64,000 nt of DNA, taken from the NCBI GenBank assembly GCA_039588215.1, contig JBDHAD010000034.1, positions 1,230 through 65,229 of the forward strand, given 5' to 3'. This stretch comes from Gemmatimonadota bacterium (GTDB lineage: Bacteria > Gemmatimonadota > Gemmatimonadetes > Palauibacterales > Palauibacteraceae). The notes beneath the pieces are model-generated. The model was given only the letters and a program-made list of their open reading frames with translations, ran no database searches and was not told where the DNA came from. Below are positions 45,249-55,360 of the stretch, one piece after another (positions within the stretch are counted from its first letter, which is position 1; every line of letters starts with the position of its first letter). A program made the translations under genes and the position numbers.

Positions 45249-46508
45249 ATGATGTCACACCGACGGTACACGTACCTGAAGCTGATTTGGGTGACGGCGG
45301 CGGTCACGACCTCGGCGCTTATCGTCGCGCCCGACACCCAGGCCCAAACGGATAACGCCATCCCCGGTGACCCCGTCGCCGGCCGACGATTCTTCGTGGA
45401 GCACGACTGCGTGCGGTGCCACTCGATCTGGGGAAACGGCGGCACTTTGGGTCCCGATTTCGCCACCCTCGGTACGGGACGGAGCCTCCAGCAGCTCGCC
45501 GGGCTGTTCTGGAACCACACGCCGCGAATGATCGAGACCGTCCGGGGGCGCGGCTTCGAGTGGCCCCAGTTCAGCGAAGAGGAGTTGGCCGATATCATCA
45601 GCTATGTCTACTACGTGAAGCTGTTCGACGAACCGGGCGACTTCGATCTCGGCGAGCGGTGGTTCCAGGAGAAACGTTGTTCAGCGTGTCACTCGGTCGG
45701 GGGCGTAGGTGGTCGCTCGGGCGGTGCGCTCGATCAGTACGCGCGTTACATCGCACCGGTCGCGCTGGCGCAAGGGATGTGGAACCACGGTCCCGCCATG
45801 CAATCGCTGCAGATGACGAGCGGGATTGCGATGCCGACGTTTCTTGGGCGAGAGATCGCGGACCTGCAGGCGTATATCCGCGGAGCTTCGACGCTGCGGG
45901 ATCGAGAAGTAGCTCTCCTCCCGCCCCCCAATCCGAATCAGGGACGGCAGCTGTTCTCGACCAAGGGCTGCAGCGCCTGTCACGGGCGCCGCGGCAACGG
46001 CACCTCGTTTGGCCCCGATCTGCGCGAGGCCACCCAGCACATGCGGGTATCGGAAATCGCAGGCCGTCTGTGGAACCACTCGGCACGGATGGTGTCTGCC
46101 GTGCGCAGCCGGGGCATCGAATTCCCCCGTTTCGAAGGAACGGAAATGGCGGACATCATCGCCTTCCTGTACTACCTCCGGTTCTACGATACGGAGGGGG
46201 ACTCGCGAAGGGGTGCTGAGGTGTTCGTGCAGAAGGGCTGCGCGGTATGCCACGCCCGTGACGGAGAAGCGACGGTCGGACCCGACCTGGCTGGCACACA
46301 GTCGGTCCTCACGCCGCTCGGTCTCGCCACGGCCATGTGGAATCACGCACCAGCCATGTACGACCTCGCGCAGGTTCAGCATACGGAGTGGCCCGTATTC
46401 GAGGGGAATGAGATGCGGGACCTTTCCGCCTACCTGCACGATGTGGCAACCGCACGGGTAGCAGGCACGGGGAGCGAGCCCGAGCCGGACGACGGGAGCG
46501 ACCGCTAG
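45249..46508 (+). CDS. Secreted tetra-domain class I cytochrome c (4 monohaem repeats)
   Basis: Signal peptide. Four CxxCH motifs (CVRCH, CSACH, CSACH, CAVCH), each followed ~35 aa later by a WNH(x)xxM motif. Confidence 0.8.
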   Translation: MMSHRRYTYLKLIWVTAAVTTSALIVAPDTQAQTDNAIPGDPVAGRRFFVEHDCVRCHSIWGNGGTLGPDFATLGTGRSLQQLAGLFWNHTPRMIETVRGRGFEWPQFSEEELADIISYVYYVKLFDEPGDFDLGERWFQEKRCSACHSVGGVGGRSGGALDQYARYIAPVALAQGMWNHGPAMQSLQMTSGIAMPTFLGREIADLQAYIRGASTLRDREVALLPPPNPNQGRQLFSTKGCSACHGRRGNGTSFGPDLREATQHMRVSEIAGRLWNHSARMVSAVRSRGIEFPRFEGTEMADIIAFLYYLRFYDTEGDSRRGAEVFVQKGCAVCHARDGEATVGPDLAGTQSVLTPLGLATAMWNHAPAMYDLAQVQHTEWPVFEGNEMRDLSAYLHDVATARVAGTGSEPEPDDGSDR

Positions 46509-47332
46509 CGTCCGCTGGCCGTCGCCCCGGCAGCCCGCGCTTGCAGATACTCGATGATCGCGTCCGCCTCCTCGGTCGTGAGGGGCGTCACATCCATCAG
46601 GGGCATGTTCGCCTGCATCCGTCGGACGAGGTCGGCCCAGCCCGCGGCCGTATGCGCGGTCGCGGAAGGGAGCTCGTGGCAGGTCGAGCACTTCTGGACC
46701 ACGAGCTCGGAACCCGGGCCCGTGTACTGACCCGGTTCCGCGGCCGGCATTGCGTTGCGTTCCAGATAGGCGATCAACGAGTCGACGTCCGAGGGCTGCG
46801 GGAGCGCGGCCGTGCCCAGCCCGGCGATCAGGATCTCACCCAGGAGACCCTCGGTCACGGGCCCGCCCAGCCGGTCAGCGAGCGTCTCCGCCCGCATCAA
46901 CATCCGACGCGTCAGGAGGGGCCACTCGGCCGCGGTGTGCATCTGGGGATCCGGAAGCCAGTGACATTGAGTGCAATACGCCTGCAGGAGCGCCGGGCCG
47001 CGCGTGTTCGGCTCGGGGAGATTCTCCCGCTGGAAGCTCGTCAGAGGCAGCCCGGCACCCACCGAGCTGATCATCCGCCACCTCTGCGAACGCGTCATGG
47101 CCGCGGTCGGGATACCCCCGAGCTCGGAGAAGACGCTGTCCAGCATGGCGACCGTGTGCTCGGCATCGGTGACTGGCTGGCCATCCACACAACCCACGGC
47201 GAAAACGCCGAGGGTGGCGCAAACCAGGGCTGACCGACCGCCGCTCAACCAGCGGCCGCCGCTCGTGGGTGTTCTAGTCGCAGACGAGTTCATCGCTCTC
47301 CCTTCCGTAGCCTCACCCGGCCGGGACCCCAA
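46505..47332 (-). CDS. Dihaem cytochrome c lipoprotein
   Basis: Lipobox FAVGC. CTQCH and CSTCH motifs. The exact start is uncertain. Confidence 0.65.
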   Translation of the reverse strand: MGSRPGEATEGRAMNSSATRTPTSGGRWLSGGRSALVCATLGVFAVGCVDGQPVTDAEHTVAMLDSVFSELGGIPTAAMTRSQRWRMISSVGAGLPLTSFQRENLPEPNTRGPALLQAYCTQCHWLPDPQMHTAAEWPLLTRRMLMRAETLADRLGGPVTEGLLGEILIAGLGTAALPQPSDVDSLIAYLERNAMPAAEPGQYTGPGSELVVQKCSTCHELPSATAHTAAGWADLVRRMQANMPLMDVTPLTTEEADAIIEYLQARAAGATASGR

Positions 47333-47580
47333 TTTACAGGCACGCGGCGCGGTAAAATCCGTCTCGCAGAACGGACGATGAGGAATCTCTCAGGATCCCG
47401 CAAATGCCCCGGCGCGGAATCGGCACGTGCGGATCGGCGGACGGGGGCTTGCACCGGTGCTCAACTTCGGTCTAGTGTACAATCGATGTACTCATTCGTG
47501 CAGTTCTCCATCCATCGTTTCATCCACGCCGCCCGCGTCCGCGAGTGGCTTCCGGCATCACCCGCCGGCATGAGGGCCTC

Positions 47581-47877
47581 ATGACCACTGATATTACCGA
47601 AGACTACCAGCATCTCATCGAGCGCACCGAAGCTACGGTCGAGAAGTTTCGCGAACACGCGGGAGAGCTGAAGGAAATGCTCGGACAGGCGCGCGCCGGG
47701 CGGAAGGTTCAGATCCTCGCGATGATCGACCGGCTGGAGAAGAAGTATGACGGCGCCAAGGAGCGCCTCGCCGCCTTGACGCCGGACAGTCCGCTGGAAG
47801 AAATCGGGCAGATGCACCAGCAGATCGTCTCGGAGCTGTCAGACATGAAACGGACGATCGAACACCGGATTCGCTAG
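47581..47877 (+). CDS. Small coiled-coil hypothetical protein
   Basis: 98-aa ORF, charged and helical. No recognisable domain. Confidence 0.35.
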   Translation: MTTDITEDYQHLIERTEATVEKFREHAGELKEMLGQARAGRKVQILAMIDRLEKKYDGAKERLAALTPDSPLEEIGQMHQQIVSELSDMKRTIEHRIR

Positions 47878-47969
47878 CCGGAAGAGCCCCTCAATCCGTT
47901 CGATCTCGTCCCCGGTGTCGCGGGTACCGGGGACCCGCCGGTCCGCTCGGTCGCCGGCCGCCTAACATC

Positions 47970-50768
47970 TCAATCCTCGAATAGCGCCTTACCGACGATC
48001 TGATTCTGACGCTGGGCGTGCTTCCCGGCATACCCTTCCGCCGGGCTCGCTTTCTCGGGCCGGCCCACGTAGACGGGCGAGCGGGCAAGCAGGGTCTCCA
48101 GACGCAACCGAATGAAGCTCCACGCTCCCATGTTGGCCGGCTCCTCCTGCACCCATTTGAGCTCGGCGCTGCCCGGGAAGGCGCCCACAGCCGCCCGCAG
48201 ACGTTCCGCCGGGAACGGATACAGACGCTCGACGCGGATGATCGCCGTTCGCTCGCGCTCAGGCCGGCCCGCGGCCGCAGCCAGCAGGTCATAATAGACC
48301 TTGCCAGAGCAAAGCAGTATGCGATCGACCCCAGCGGCCCGCGCGAGCGCTTCTTCGTCCTGGAGCACGGGCTCGAACGAGCCCTCCGACAAAGTCACGA
48401 TCGAAGAGCGGGCGCTCGGGTGCCGCAGGAGGCTCTTCGGGGTCATGATCACGAGCGGCCGCCTGGTCGGATGCTTCGCCTGAAGCCGCAGGAGATGGAA
48501 GTACTGCGCCGGCGTCGTGCAGTTCGCGACCCGGATGTTGCCCTCGGCCGCGAGTTGAAGGAATCGCTCCAGCCGGGCGCTGGAGTGCTCCGGTCCTTGC
48601 CCCTCGTACCCGTGCGGGAGCAAGAGCACGAGTCGCGACTCCTGACCCCACTTCGAGCGGCCCGCGACGATGAACTGGTCGACGATCGGCTGTCCCACGT
48701 TCACGAAATCGCCGAACTGGGCTTCCCACAGGACCAGTGCATCGCGTGCGATGGTGCTGAATCCGTACTCGAATCCCAACGTGGCGATCTCGGAGAGCGG
48801 GCTGTTGGCGATCATGAACGGCGCTTGGTCGGCGTCCAGCTCCGCCAGCGGTACGTGCGACCGACCGCTCGCGGCCCCGTGCAGGACGAGGTGTCTGTGG
48901 CTGAAGGTGCCGCGCTCCGTGTCCTCACCCGTAAACCGGATCGGGACGCTCTCCATCAGCAGGCTTCCGAACGCCAGCGACTCCGCGTGGGCCCAGTCGA
49001 TGGCCGTATCGAGCAGACCGCGCCGCCTTTCCAGCTGGCGGCCGAGCTTGTGGAACAGCTGGAAGTCCTCGGGCCAGCTGTGTAGCGCACCATTCAACCA
49101 GCGCAGGTGATCCGCATCGACCCGGGTCTCGATGACGGCATCCTCTCGGGGCTCGGCCAGCCATGCGGTCGCTTCGGGTGGATCCGCGACGGGCGCAGCT
49201 TCTTCCGCTTGAGCGGCCTGGATGGACTCGCGCGCCAGCGTCAGCCGCGTGTCCACCTCGGTCACGAACGCCCGTGCATCCTCCTCGCTGACCACACCAG
49301 CCCCGACCAGCCGCTCGGCGAACAGCTGGCGCACCGTCGGGTGACCACGGATCTTCTCGTACATTATGGGCTGTGTGTAGCCCGGCTCGTCTCCCTCGTT
49401 GTGACCGTACCGGCGGTATCCCACCAGATCGATCACGATGTCCTCGCCGAATTCGAACCGATACTCGACCGCGAGCCGCGCCGCGGCCAGACAAGCTTCC
49501 GGATCGTCCGCGTTCACGTGCACGACGGGCAGGCGGAAGCCGAGAGCCAGGTCGCTGGCGTAGCGGGTCGAGCGACTTTCCTCGGGAAGCGTTGTGAACC
49601 CGAGCTGATTGTTCGCGATGATGTGGATCGTGCCACTCGTTTCGTACGCCTCGAGCCGGCACAGGTTGAGCGTCTCGGCGACGATGCCCTGCCCGGCGAA
49701 AGACGCATCGCCGTGGATCAGAATCGAGAGCATACAGAGCGGGTTGCCGGTCTCGTCGTTGAACCGCGCCCCGCGCGCCATGCCGAGGACGACCGGATTG
49801 ACGTGCTCCAGGTGGCTGGGGTTGGGGGCTAGGTGCACTTCGAGGTCGATTTCGTCCTCACTGACCCGCCCCCGGCCCCCGACGTGGTACTTGACGTCAC
49901 CGGTACCGAGCTCGGGGAGCACCGGTTGTATGCCGCGCGAGATCTGCTCCTCGAACTCCGCTACGATCGATTCGTACGAGAGTCCGAGGATGTGGGCGAG
50001 GACGTTGAGCCGTCCGCGGTGAGCCATCCCCAGGAATACCTGACGGGTGCAGTTCTGGCCCGCGATTCTGAGGATCTCGGTCAGCATCGGGAGCATCATG
50101 TCGAGCCCCTCGATGGAGAACCGCTTTTTCCCCAGATAGGAGCGGTGTAGGAAGTTCTCGAGCCCCTCGACGCGGGTCAGCCGCCGCAGAAGTCGGCGGG
50201 CCCGCTCCGCAGGCAGTGGTTGCCGGTGCCGGCCCGCCTCGATGTAATCGACCAGCCAATCCCGCTGCGCGGGATTCTCCATCTGATCCAGCTCGTAGCC
50301 GATGCTCCCGCAATAGATCTCCTCGAGCCGATCGAGGACGTCCGCGGCGCTCTCTCCGAGGTGTTCGAGCTGGAGGGCGGTGGCCGGGATGTGGGCGAGC
50401 TCCTCGCGCCTCACGCCATGGAACTCCGACGAGAGCAGTGGGTGACGCGGTGGCGGAGACCCGAGTGGGTCGAGCTCGGCTGCCAGGTGGCCGTATGCCC
50501 GGTAGTCTTCGACAAGCGCACCGGCGATCGCCGCGAGTCGAAGGTCTTCCGCGACCACCACCTCCGCCACGGTGCCAGTGATTTGGGGCGGTGGCCCGTC
50601 CTGGGTAGGCGCTCCCGCCGGGTCCGGTGGTCCCCAGTCCGCCAGGGAGGGAGGAATCAGCCCGCGATCTCGCAGGACTCGTTCGTAGAGCCTCTCGGCG
50701 TACCCGGCATTATACCCGTCGGCCGCCTCCTCGTGATCCCGTCCGTCGTCTCGGGCTCTGTCGCTCAC
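47970..50768 (-). CDS. sucA: 2-oxoglutarate dehydrogenase E1 component
   Basis: 932 aa. Has YRAYGHL.A.LDPL, KRFS.EG and the ThDP-binding blocks characteristic of SucA. Confidence 0.92.
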   Translation of the reverse strand: MSDRARDDGRDHEEAADGYNAGYAERLYERVLRDRGLIPPSLADWGPPDPAGAPTQDGPPPQITGTVAEVVVAEDLRLAAIAGALVEDYRAYGHLAAELDPLGSPPPRHPLLSSEFHGVRREELAHIPATALQLEHLGESAADVLDRLEEIYCGSIGYELDQMENPAQRDWLVDYIEAGRHRQPLPAERARRLLRRLTRVEGLENFLHRSYLGKKRFSIEGLDMMLPMLTEILRIAGQNCTRQVFLGMAHRGRLNVLAHILGLSYESIVAEFEEQISRGIQPVLPELGTGDVKYHVGGRGRVSEDEIDLEVHLAPNPSHLEHVNPVVLGMARGARFNDETGNPLCMLSILIHGDASFAGQGIVAETLNLCRLEAYETSGTIHIIANNQLGFTTLPEESRSTRYASDLALGFRLPVVHVNADDPEACLAAARLAVEYRFEFGEDIVIDLVGYRRYGHNEGDEPGYTQPIMYEKIRGHPTVRQLFAERLVGAGVVSEEDARAFVTEVDTRLTLARESIQAAQAEEAAPVADPPEATAWLAEPREDAVIETRVDADHLRWLNGALHSWPEDFQLFHKLGRQLERRRGLLDTAIDWAHAESLAFGSLLMESVPIRFTGEDTERGTFSHRHLVLHGAASGRSHVPLAELDADQAPFMIANSPLSEIATLGFEYGFSTIARDALVLWEAQFGDFVNVGQPIVDQFIVAGRSKWGQESRLVLLLPHGYEGQGPEHSSARLERFLQLAAEGNIRVANCTTPAQYFHLLRLQAKHPTRRPLVIMTPKSLLRHPSARSSIVTLSEGSFEPVLQDEEALARAAGVDRILLCSGKVYYDLLAAAAGRPERERTAIIRVERLYPFPAERLRAAVGAFPGSAELKWVQEEPANMGAWSFIRLRLETLLARSPVYVGRPEKASPAEGYAGKHAQRQNQIVGKALFED

Positions 50769-50840
50769 GTCGTTTGGCTTTCCGCTTCGTGTTTCAGTGC
50801 ATGGCGCTCGCCCCGATGCCGTTCGCGCGAGCGGTCCGAT

Positions 50841-51869
50841 TCAATGGTCGTGATCGTGGTCCGAACCGCCCCGGTGACCGTAGTTGCCCCCGTGTGAGGC
50901 GTCCATCGCGTGACGCGCCTGATCCACCGCGTCGGAGGCGTTCGCCTGCCCGCCACCGGCTCCGCCTGTCAGACTCTGGTACACGGTTCCCAGCCACCGT
51001 TCCGTGTTTATGAAGCCCGTGCCCCACGCAGCCCATTCCTCCGGGAGACCCGCCGTCGTCACCTCTTCGAGGCTGTGACCGGCCGCGATCCGCTGCTCCA
51101 CGATGGCTACGGTTTCCTCCAGCATGCGTTCGTAGTCACGCAGGTCATCGACCGTCGAGAGAGGGCCGTGGCCTGGAATCAACAGCGCGTCCGAGGGGAC
51201 CTCGCTCAAGATCCTGCCGATCGCGCTGGTAAGCCCCTGGACACTCCCGCCGGCGGCCAGGTCCACGAACGGGAAGCGACCCGCGAAGAAGTTATCCCCG
51301 AGATGGACCACATTCGAACCGGTGAAGAAGATCACCGCGTCCCCATCGGTGTGGCCGTGGGGGAAGTGGATCGCGCGGATCTCCTCCCCGTTGAAGTGGA
51401 TCGACACGGAATCACCGAAGGTCACGACCGGCAGCGCCTCGGGCGGCTGCGGCTCCTGCATGCGCCCGCCACCCAGATCCTCGCGGGTGGAGAGACGTCT
51501 GCGAACGTTGGCGTGCGCGACGATCGTCGCTTCGGGGCCGAACTCCACGTTGCCACCCGTGTGATCGCCATGCCAATGGGTGTTCAGGACGAACTTGAGA
51601 TCCGCTTCCGGACCGCCCTGGCCGAGCCCGCGTAACGCTTCGCGGATCTTGTCGGCGAGGGGAGAAAACTGGTCATCGACCATCACCGCGCCGTCCGGGC
51701 CCGTCGATACGCCGATGTTGCCTCCGCTACCGGTCAACATGTACACGGTCCCCGCGACATGTCGGGCTTCGATCTGCACAGCGTCGAAGTCCTGTTGCGC
51801 ATCGGCCGGCGGAACGCCCACGAGGGCAGCGGTCACGGCCAACAGACATCCGAGGGTTCTCTCACTCAT
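50841..51869 (-). CDS. Secreted metallo-beta-lactamase-fold hydrolase with a His-rich C-terminal tail
   Basis: Signal peptide. HWHGDH motif. C-terminus HGGNYGHRGGSDHDHDH. Confidence 0.75.
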   Translation of the reverse strand: MSERTLGCLLAVTAALVGVPPADAQQDFDAVQIEARHVAGTVYMLTGSGGNIGVSTGPDGAVMVDDQFSPLADKIREALRGLGQGGPEADLKFVLNTHWHGDHTGGNVEFGPEATIVAHANVRRRLSTREDLGGGRMQEPQPPEALPVVTFGDSVSIHFNGEEIRAIHFPHGHTDGDAVIFFTGSNVVHLGDNFFAGRFPFVDLAAGGSVQGLTSAIGRILSEVPSDALLIPGHGPLSTVDDLRDYERMLEETVAIVEQRIAAGHSLEEVTTAGLPEEWAAWGTGFINTERWLGTVYQSLTGGAGGGQANASDAVDQARHAMDASHGGNYGHRGGSDHDHDH

Positions 51870-52097
51870 GCTGTCTTACCTCCATCCAACGGCGGTTTCT
51901 CTTGGCGCTGCGTCATCCTCGCGGCGCGGACCACGGCGCGGCATGGCATCGTTCGGGTGCTCGTCGGCCTGATGGTGTTGATATCGGTGGTGCCGGCACT
52001 CCTGCGAGCCGGCCGTGAGAGGCCCCGCGGTGAGAATGCGACGTAGGCCGCCGGACCGAGACCGCTGCCCACGGCTCCGGGTGGGGTCTGCTCTCTG

Positions 52098-52427
52098 CTA
52101 CTGCTCGCTCTCCCCCGATTTCAACTGCCGGTCGAAGGCGGCTACATCTTCGATCTTGCGGATATCTGTCTCGAGGTTCGAGAGCTGCTGCTCCAGCAGC
52201 GCCACCCGCTGCTCCATTACCGCCAACTCTTGGCTCGCCCCCTGACCCGAGCGCATCCGGGCGACCGCTTCCGCGATCGGCTTGAGCGCGAAGCGAGCCG
52301 TGAGGCCGGCGATCGGTATCAGGACCACCATCAGGCCCATCACGACGGCGACGACCGCCGTCACATCGATCGGCATCACGGGCGGCGCCTGCAGCCCAGC
52401 CGTCGTCACCAACCAGAACGATACCAT
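52098..52427 (-). CDS. Small membrane-anchored coiled-coil protein (PspB-like architecture)
   Basis: One or two TM helices, then the heptad-like LEQQLSNLETDIRKIE. Confidence 0.4.
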   Translation of the reverse strand: MVSFWLVTTAGLQAPPVMPIDVTAVVAVVMGLMVVLIPIAGLTARFALKPIAEAVARMRSGQGASQELAVMEQRVALLEQQLSNLETDIRKIEDVAAFDRQLKSGESEQ

Positions 52428-52663
52428 TTGCGGGACTTCCCTCCAGGAGTGAATACGCTACCGGACGCCGGCACAACCGTGTCTCTCGTTCCGGGCTGGC
52501 CGGGCCGCTCTGGAATGCGAGAAGATGCGGCGAGCGCGACAAGCGCGCCACCGAGGGGTGCCGTCCCTCGCGTACCGCCGCAAGGTGCCCGCACACACGA
52601 AGGGTGCCGGGCGTGGGCTACCGTCTTGACCGCGATCGCCTCCAATCGTCAGACTGATGGGAG

Positions 52664-53368
52664 ATGCGTAGCTACGCCGTCTTTCTGCTACTCCTTCTCG
52701 TCAAGTACGCGAGCCGCGTTCTGTATCGCGCGCGACTCGAGTGGGTAGGTACGCCTCACGCAGATCCCTGGGCGGATCTGCAGATTCTGGCGATGCTGCA
52801 CCATACCAGTCTGTTCGAGCCCATCTACGCGGCGCTCGCCCCGAATCGACTGCTCTGGCAGATCGCGGCTCACGGCGTGGTGCCCGTGGCGCAGAAGACC
52901 ACCGACCGGCGTCTCGTGGGACGATTCTTCGGCTTCGTCGCTCACCAGGTCGTGCCGATCACGCGAGAGCGCGATCACACGTGGTCAGACCTGATGGCAC
53001 GCGTTCAGGACCCGAAGGCCTTGATCGTGATCCTGCCCGAGGGAAGGATGATGCGCCGCACGGGTCTGGACTCGAATGGGCAGCCCATGACTGTACGCGG
53101 CGGGATCGCCGATATCATTCGAGCGGTACCAGGCGGGCGAATGCTGCTCGCCTACAGCGGAGGCTTGCACCACGTCCACGCGCCTGGGGACAGGTTCCCG
53201 CGATTCTTCAGGCGAGTCCGCCTGTGTGTCGAGGTCGTCGATATCGAGGAGTATCGCCGCACGCTGCTCGCGACCGCCGGAGAAGAGGGCTTCAAGGGGG
53301 TGGTGATCGAGGATCTGACCCGGCGGCGGGATGAGTCCTGTCCCGTCGCGGTGGGCGTGGCGGTCTAA
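52664..53368 (+). CDS. PlsC-like lysophospholipid acyltransferase family protein
   Basis: An HHTSLFE block (an H-x4-D/E variant) and an ILPEGR block at typical spacing. Confidence 0.5.
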   Translation: MRSYAVFLLLLLVKYASRVLYRARLEWVGTPHADPWADLQILAMLHHTSLFEPIYAALAPNRLLWQIAAHGVVPVAQKTTDRRLVGRFFGFVAHQVVPITRERDHTWSDLMARVQDPKALIVILPEGRMMRRTGLDSNGQPMTVRGGIADIIRAVPGGRMLLAYSGGLHHVHAPGDRFPRFFRRVRLCVEVVDIEEYRRTLLATAGEEGFKGVVIEDLTRRRDESCPVAVGVAV

Positions 53369-53384
53369 CACGCGCCAGGGGCGC

Positions 53385-54764
53385 TCAACGGAAGCGGATT
53401 CTGCCCAGCTCGTCTTCCTCGGTGCGTCCCCAGACCCTTCCGTCGAATACCATGAACTCGACCGCACGCGCGTTGCGGATGTCGGCCAGGGGGTCGGACC
53501 GCAGAACGGCGAAGTCCGCGCGCTTGCCGGCTTCGATGGTGCCCCGCTCGTGGAGCACGCCGAGCGCCACGGCGGCGTTCCGTGTCGCCATGCTGATCAC
53601 CTCCAGCGGGGGGATGCCCACTTGAGCCAGTAGCTCCAGCTCGCGGTGGAAGCCGATACCGGGTCGCGTGACGGGAGACCCGGATCCGACGACCAAACGG
53701 ACCCCCTCATCATGTAGCAGCCGGACCAGCTCGAGAGCCTTCGGCCACGCCTCGCTGGCGAGCATGCGGACCGAATCCGGCCAGCTCGCGCATTCTTCGG
53801 GGGTCGCGGGCTCTTCGGCCAGGCACTGCCGTGACTCCCCGGCGGCGAGAAGCGGCGCCACGACGACATCGGCTGCCAGCAGCGCCCCGATCATTCGGTC
53901 TACCTCGGCACCCTCAGGGTCGAGGGCGTCGAGCCAAGTCGCGATCGCGGCCGAGGGCGATTCATCGCGCGCCCGCTCATAGCGCTCGCGCTGTTCCGCA
54001 TCGAGCAGGTCGGGATCGCCCGAGAGGACCCTACTGAGCCCGTCTACCCCGGCTCGCGCCGAGGTGACCCAACCGGCGTCTCCCGGATCGGCCCACACGG
54101 ACCGCCGCTCCCGGCGCGCCGCGGCGACCGCCGCGACGGTCAGCGGGACGGGGAATCGCGGCGAGAGCGCGATCAGCTCGGCACCCTCCTCGGCCAGTCG
54201 GTGGACCGCTTCCGCCGTCTCCGCCTCGTTCGATACCAAGAGGCCGGCCGTCGAGCCGGTACCACCCGCATCGAGCCTCGGTCCACCGGTGAATAGGTTG
54301 GGGAAGGGGTCGCCGTCGTAAGGCTGTAGTCCCTCGGCCTCGTAGGCCACGCGGCTCACCCCGGGGCTGCGAATCGCGCTGATTCCCACGAGCATCATCT
54401 CGATGACCGCAGCGGAGTCCGACGGTAGGGCATGTGCGTCGATGAAGCCCGGCACGATGAAGTAGCCCTCGACGCTGATCACCTGTACGCCCTCGACGAT
54501 CGGGATGTCGCTCGCGGGGCCGACAGCCTGGATTTTCCCGTCCCAGATCAGCACGGAGGTGTTCGGGCGGGCGGGTCCGCCGCGCCCATCGATCAGCGTT
54601 CCGCCCGTGAAAAGCAACGCCGTCTGGCCCAGGAACCGATCGCGTTGCTGGGACTCTAGTGTCGCGGGCCAAAGCGCCACGGTCCACAGGGCGACCAGCC
54701 AAAGGCCCGCGAGCCCCAGGCTGCGCGCCCTCGAGCGCGACGGGGCGGACGATAGCATCCGCAT
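53385..54764 (-). CDS. Secreted amidohydrolase-family metallo-hydrolase
   Basis: Signal peptide. PGFIDAHA metal-binding motif. C-terminal GTIEAGKRADFAVL block. Confidence 0.75.
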   Translation of the reverse strand: MRMLSSAPSRSRARSLGLAGLWLVALWTVALWPATLESQQRDRFLGQTALLFTGGTLIDGRGGPARPNTSVLIWDGKIQAVGPASDIPIVEGVQVISVEGYFIVPGFIDAHALPSDSAAVIEMMLVGISAIRSPGVSRVAYEAEGLQPYDGDPFPNLFTGGPRLDAGGTGSTAGLLVSNEAETAEAVHRLAEEGAELIALSPRFPVPLTVAAVAAARRERRSVWADPGDAGWVTSARAGVDGLSRVLSGDPDLLDAEQRERYERARDESPSAAIATWLDALDPEGAEVDRMIGALLAADVVVAPLLAAGESRQCLAEEPATPEECASWPDSVRMLASEAWPKALELVRLLHDEGVRLVVGSGSPVTRPGIGFHRELELLAQVGIPPLEVISMATRNAAVALGVLHERGTIEAGKRADFAVLRSDPLADIRNARAVEFMVFDGRVWGRTEEDELGRIRFR

Positions 54765-54768
54765 CGGC

Positions 54769-55134
54769 TCAGTCGGCCCCTTCCGTCCGGGCGTAGGATT
54801 CGGCCCCCAACAGGTGGAGCGAGGTGTAGGGCTCATCCCCGATCACCCAACTATCGTGCCCGGGTGGAATCGCAAACGCGTCACCGGCGCGGAGCTCGAT
54901 CTCGGTTCCATCGTCCATCGCCACCATCGCGCGTCCGGCCACGACGATGCCAATGTGCTCGACCTGGCAGCTGCTCTCACCCGTCTCGCGACCGACATGC
55001 TCGGACCACTTCCACCCGGGTTGGTACATCGCCCGTCCAAGTGTCATACCGCCCACGGTGATCAGATCGAAACGCCCCGCCTCGAAGGTCCGTGCCTCGT
55101 CGGCAGACCCGAAACGCTTGATTTCCAGTTCCAC
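54769..55134 (-). CDS. Cupin-domain protein
   Basis: 121 aa. The H.G and GD..IPPGH pattern is typical of small cupins. Confidence 0.6.
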   Translation of the reverse strand: MELEIKRFGSADEARTFEAGRFDLITVGGMTLGRAMYQPGWKWSEHVGRETGESSCQVEHIGIVVAGRAMVAMDDGTEIELRAGDAFAIPPGHDSWVIGDEPYTSLHLLGAESYARTEGAD

Positions 55135-55360
55135 TCGATCCCTCTCCTGCCCGAAGGCCGGCGCGAGCGGGTGCCCGTTCGGGTGCTCGGTCCGACCATT
55201 GCTCGTCAGACATCTACGTCGGCAGAGCCTCTATGTCGATTCGGAAACCCGTACCCCACATGCACACTTCGGTACCCGATACCACGGCCACGTCGTATCT
55301 TGATCCACTGTGGAGTGGGTGTGTGGGCTATAGTCGGCCATTCCCTATCCAGGAGAAAGC

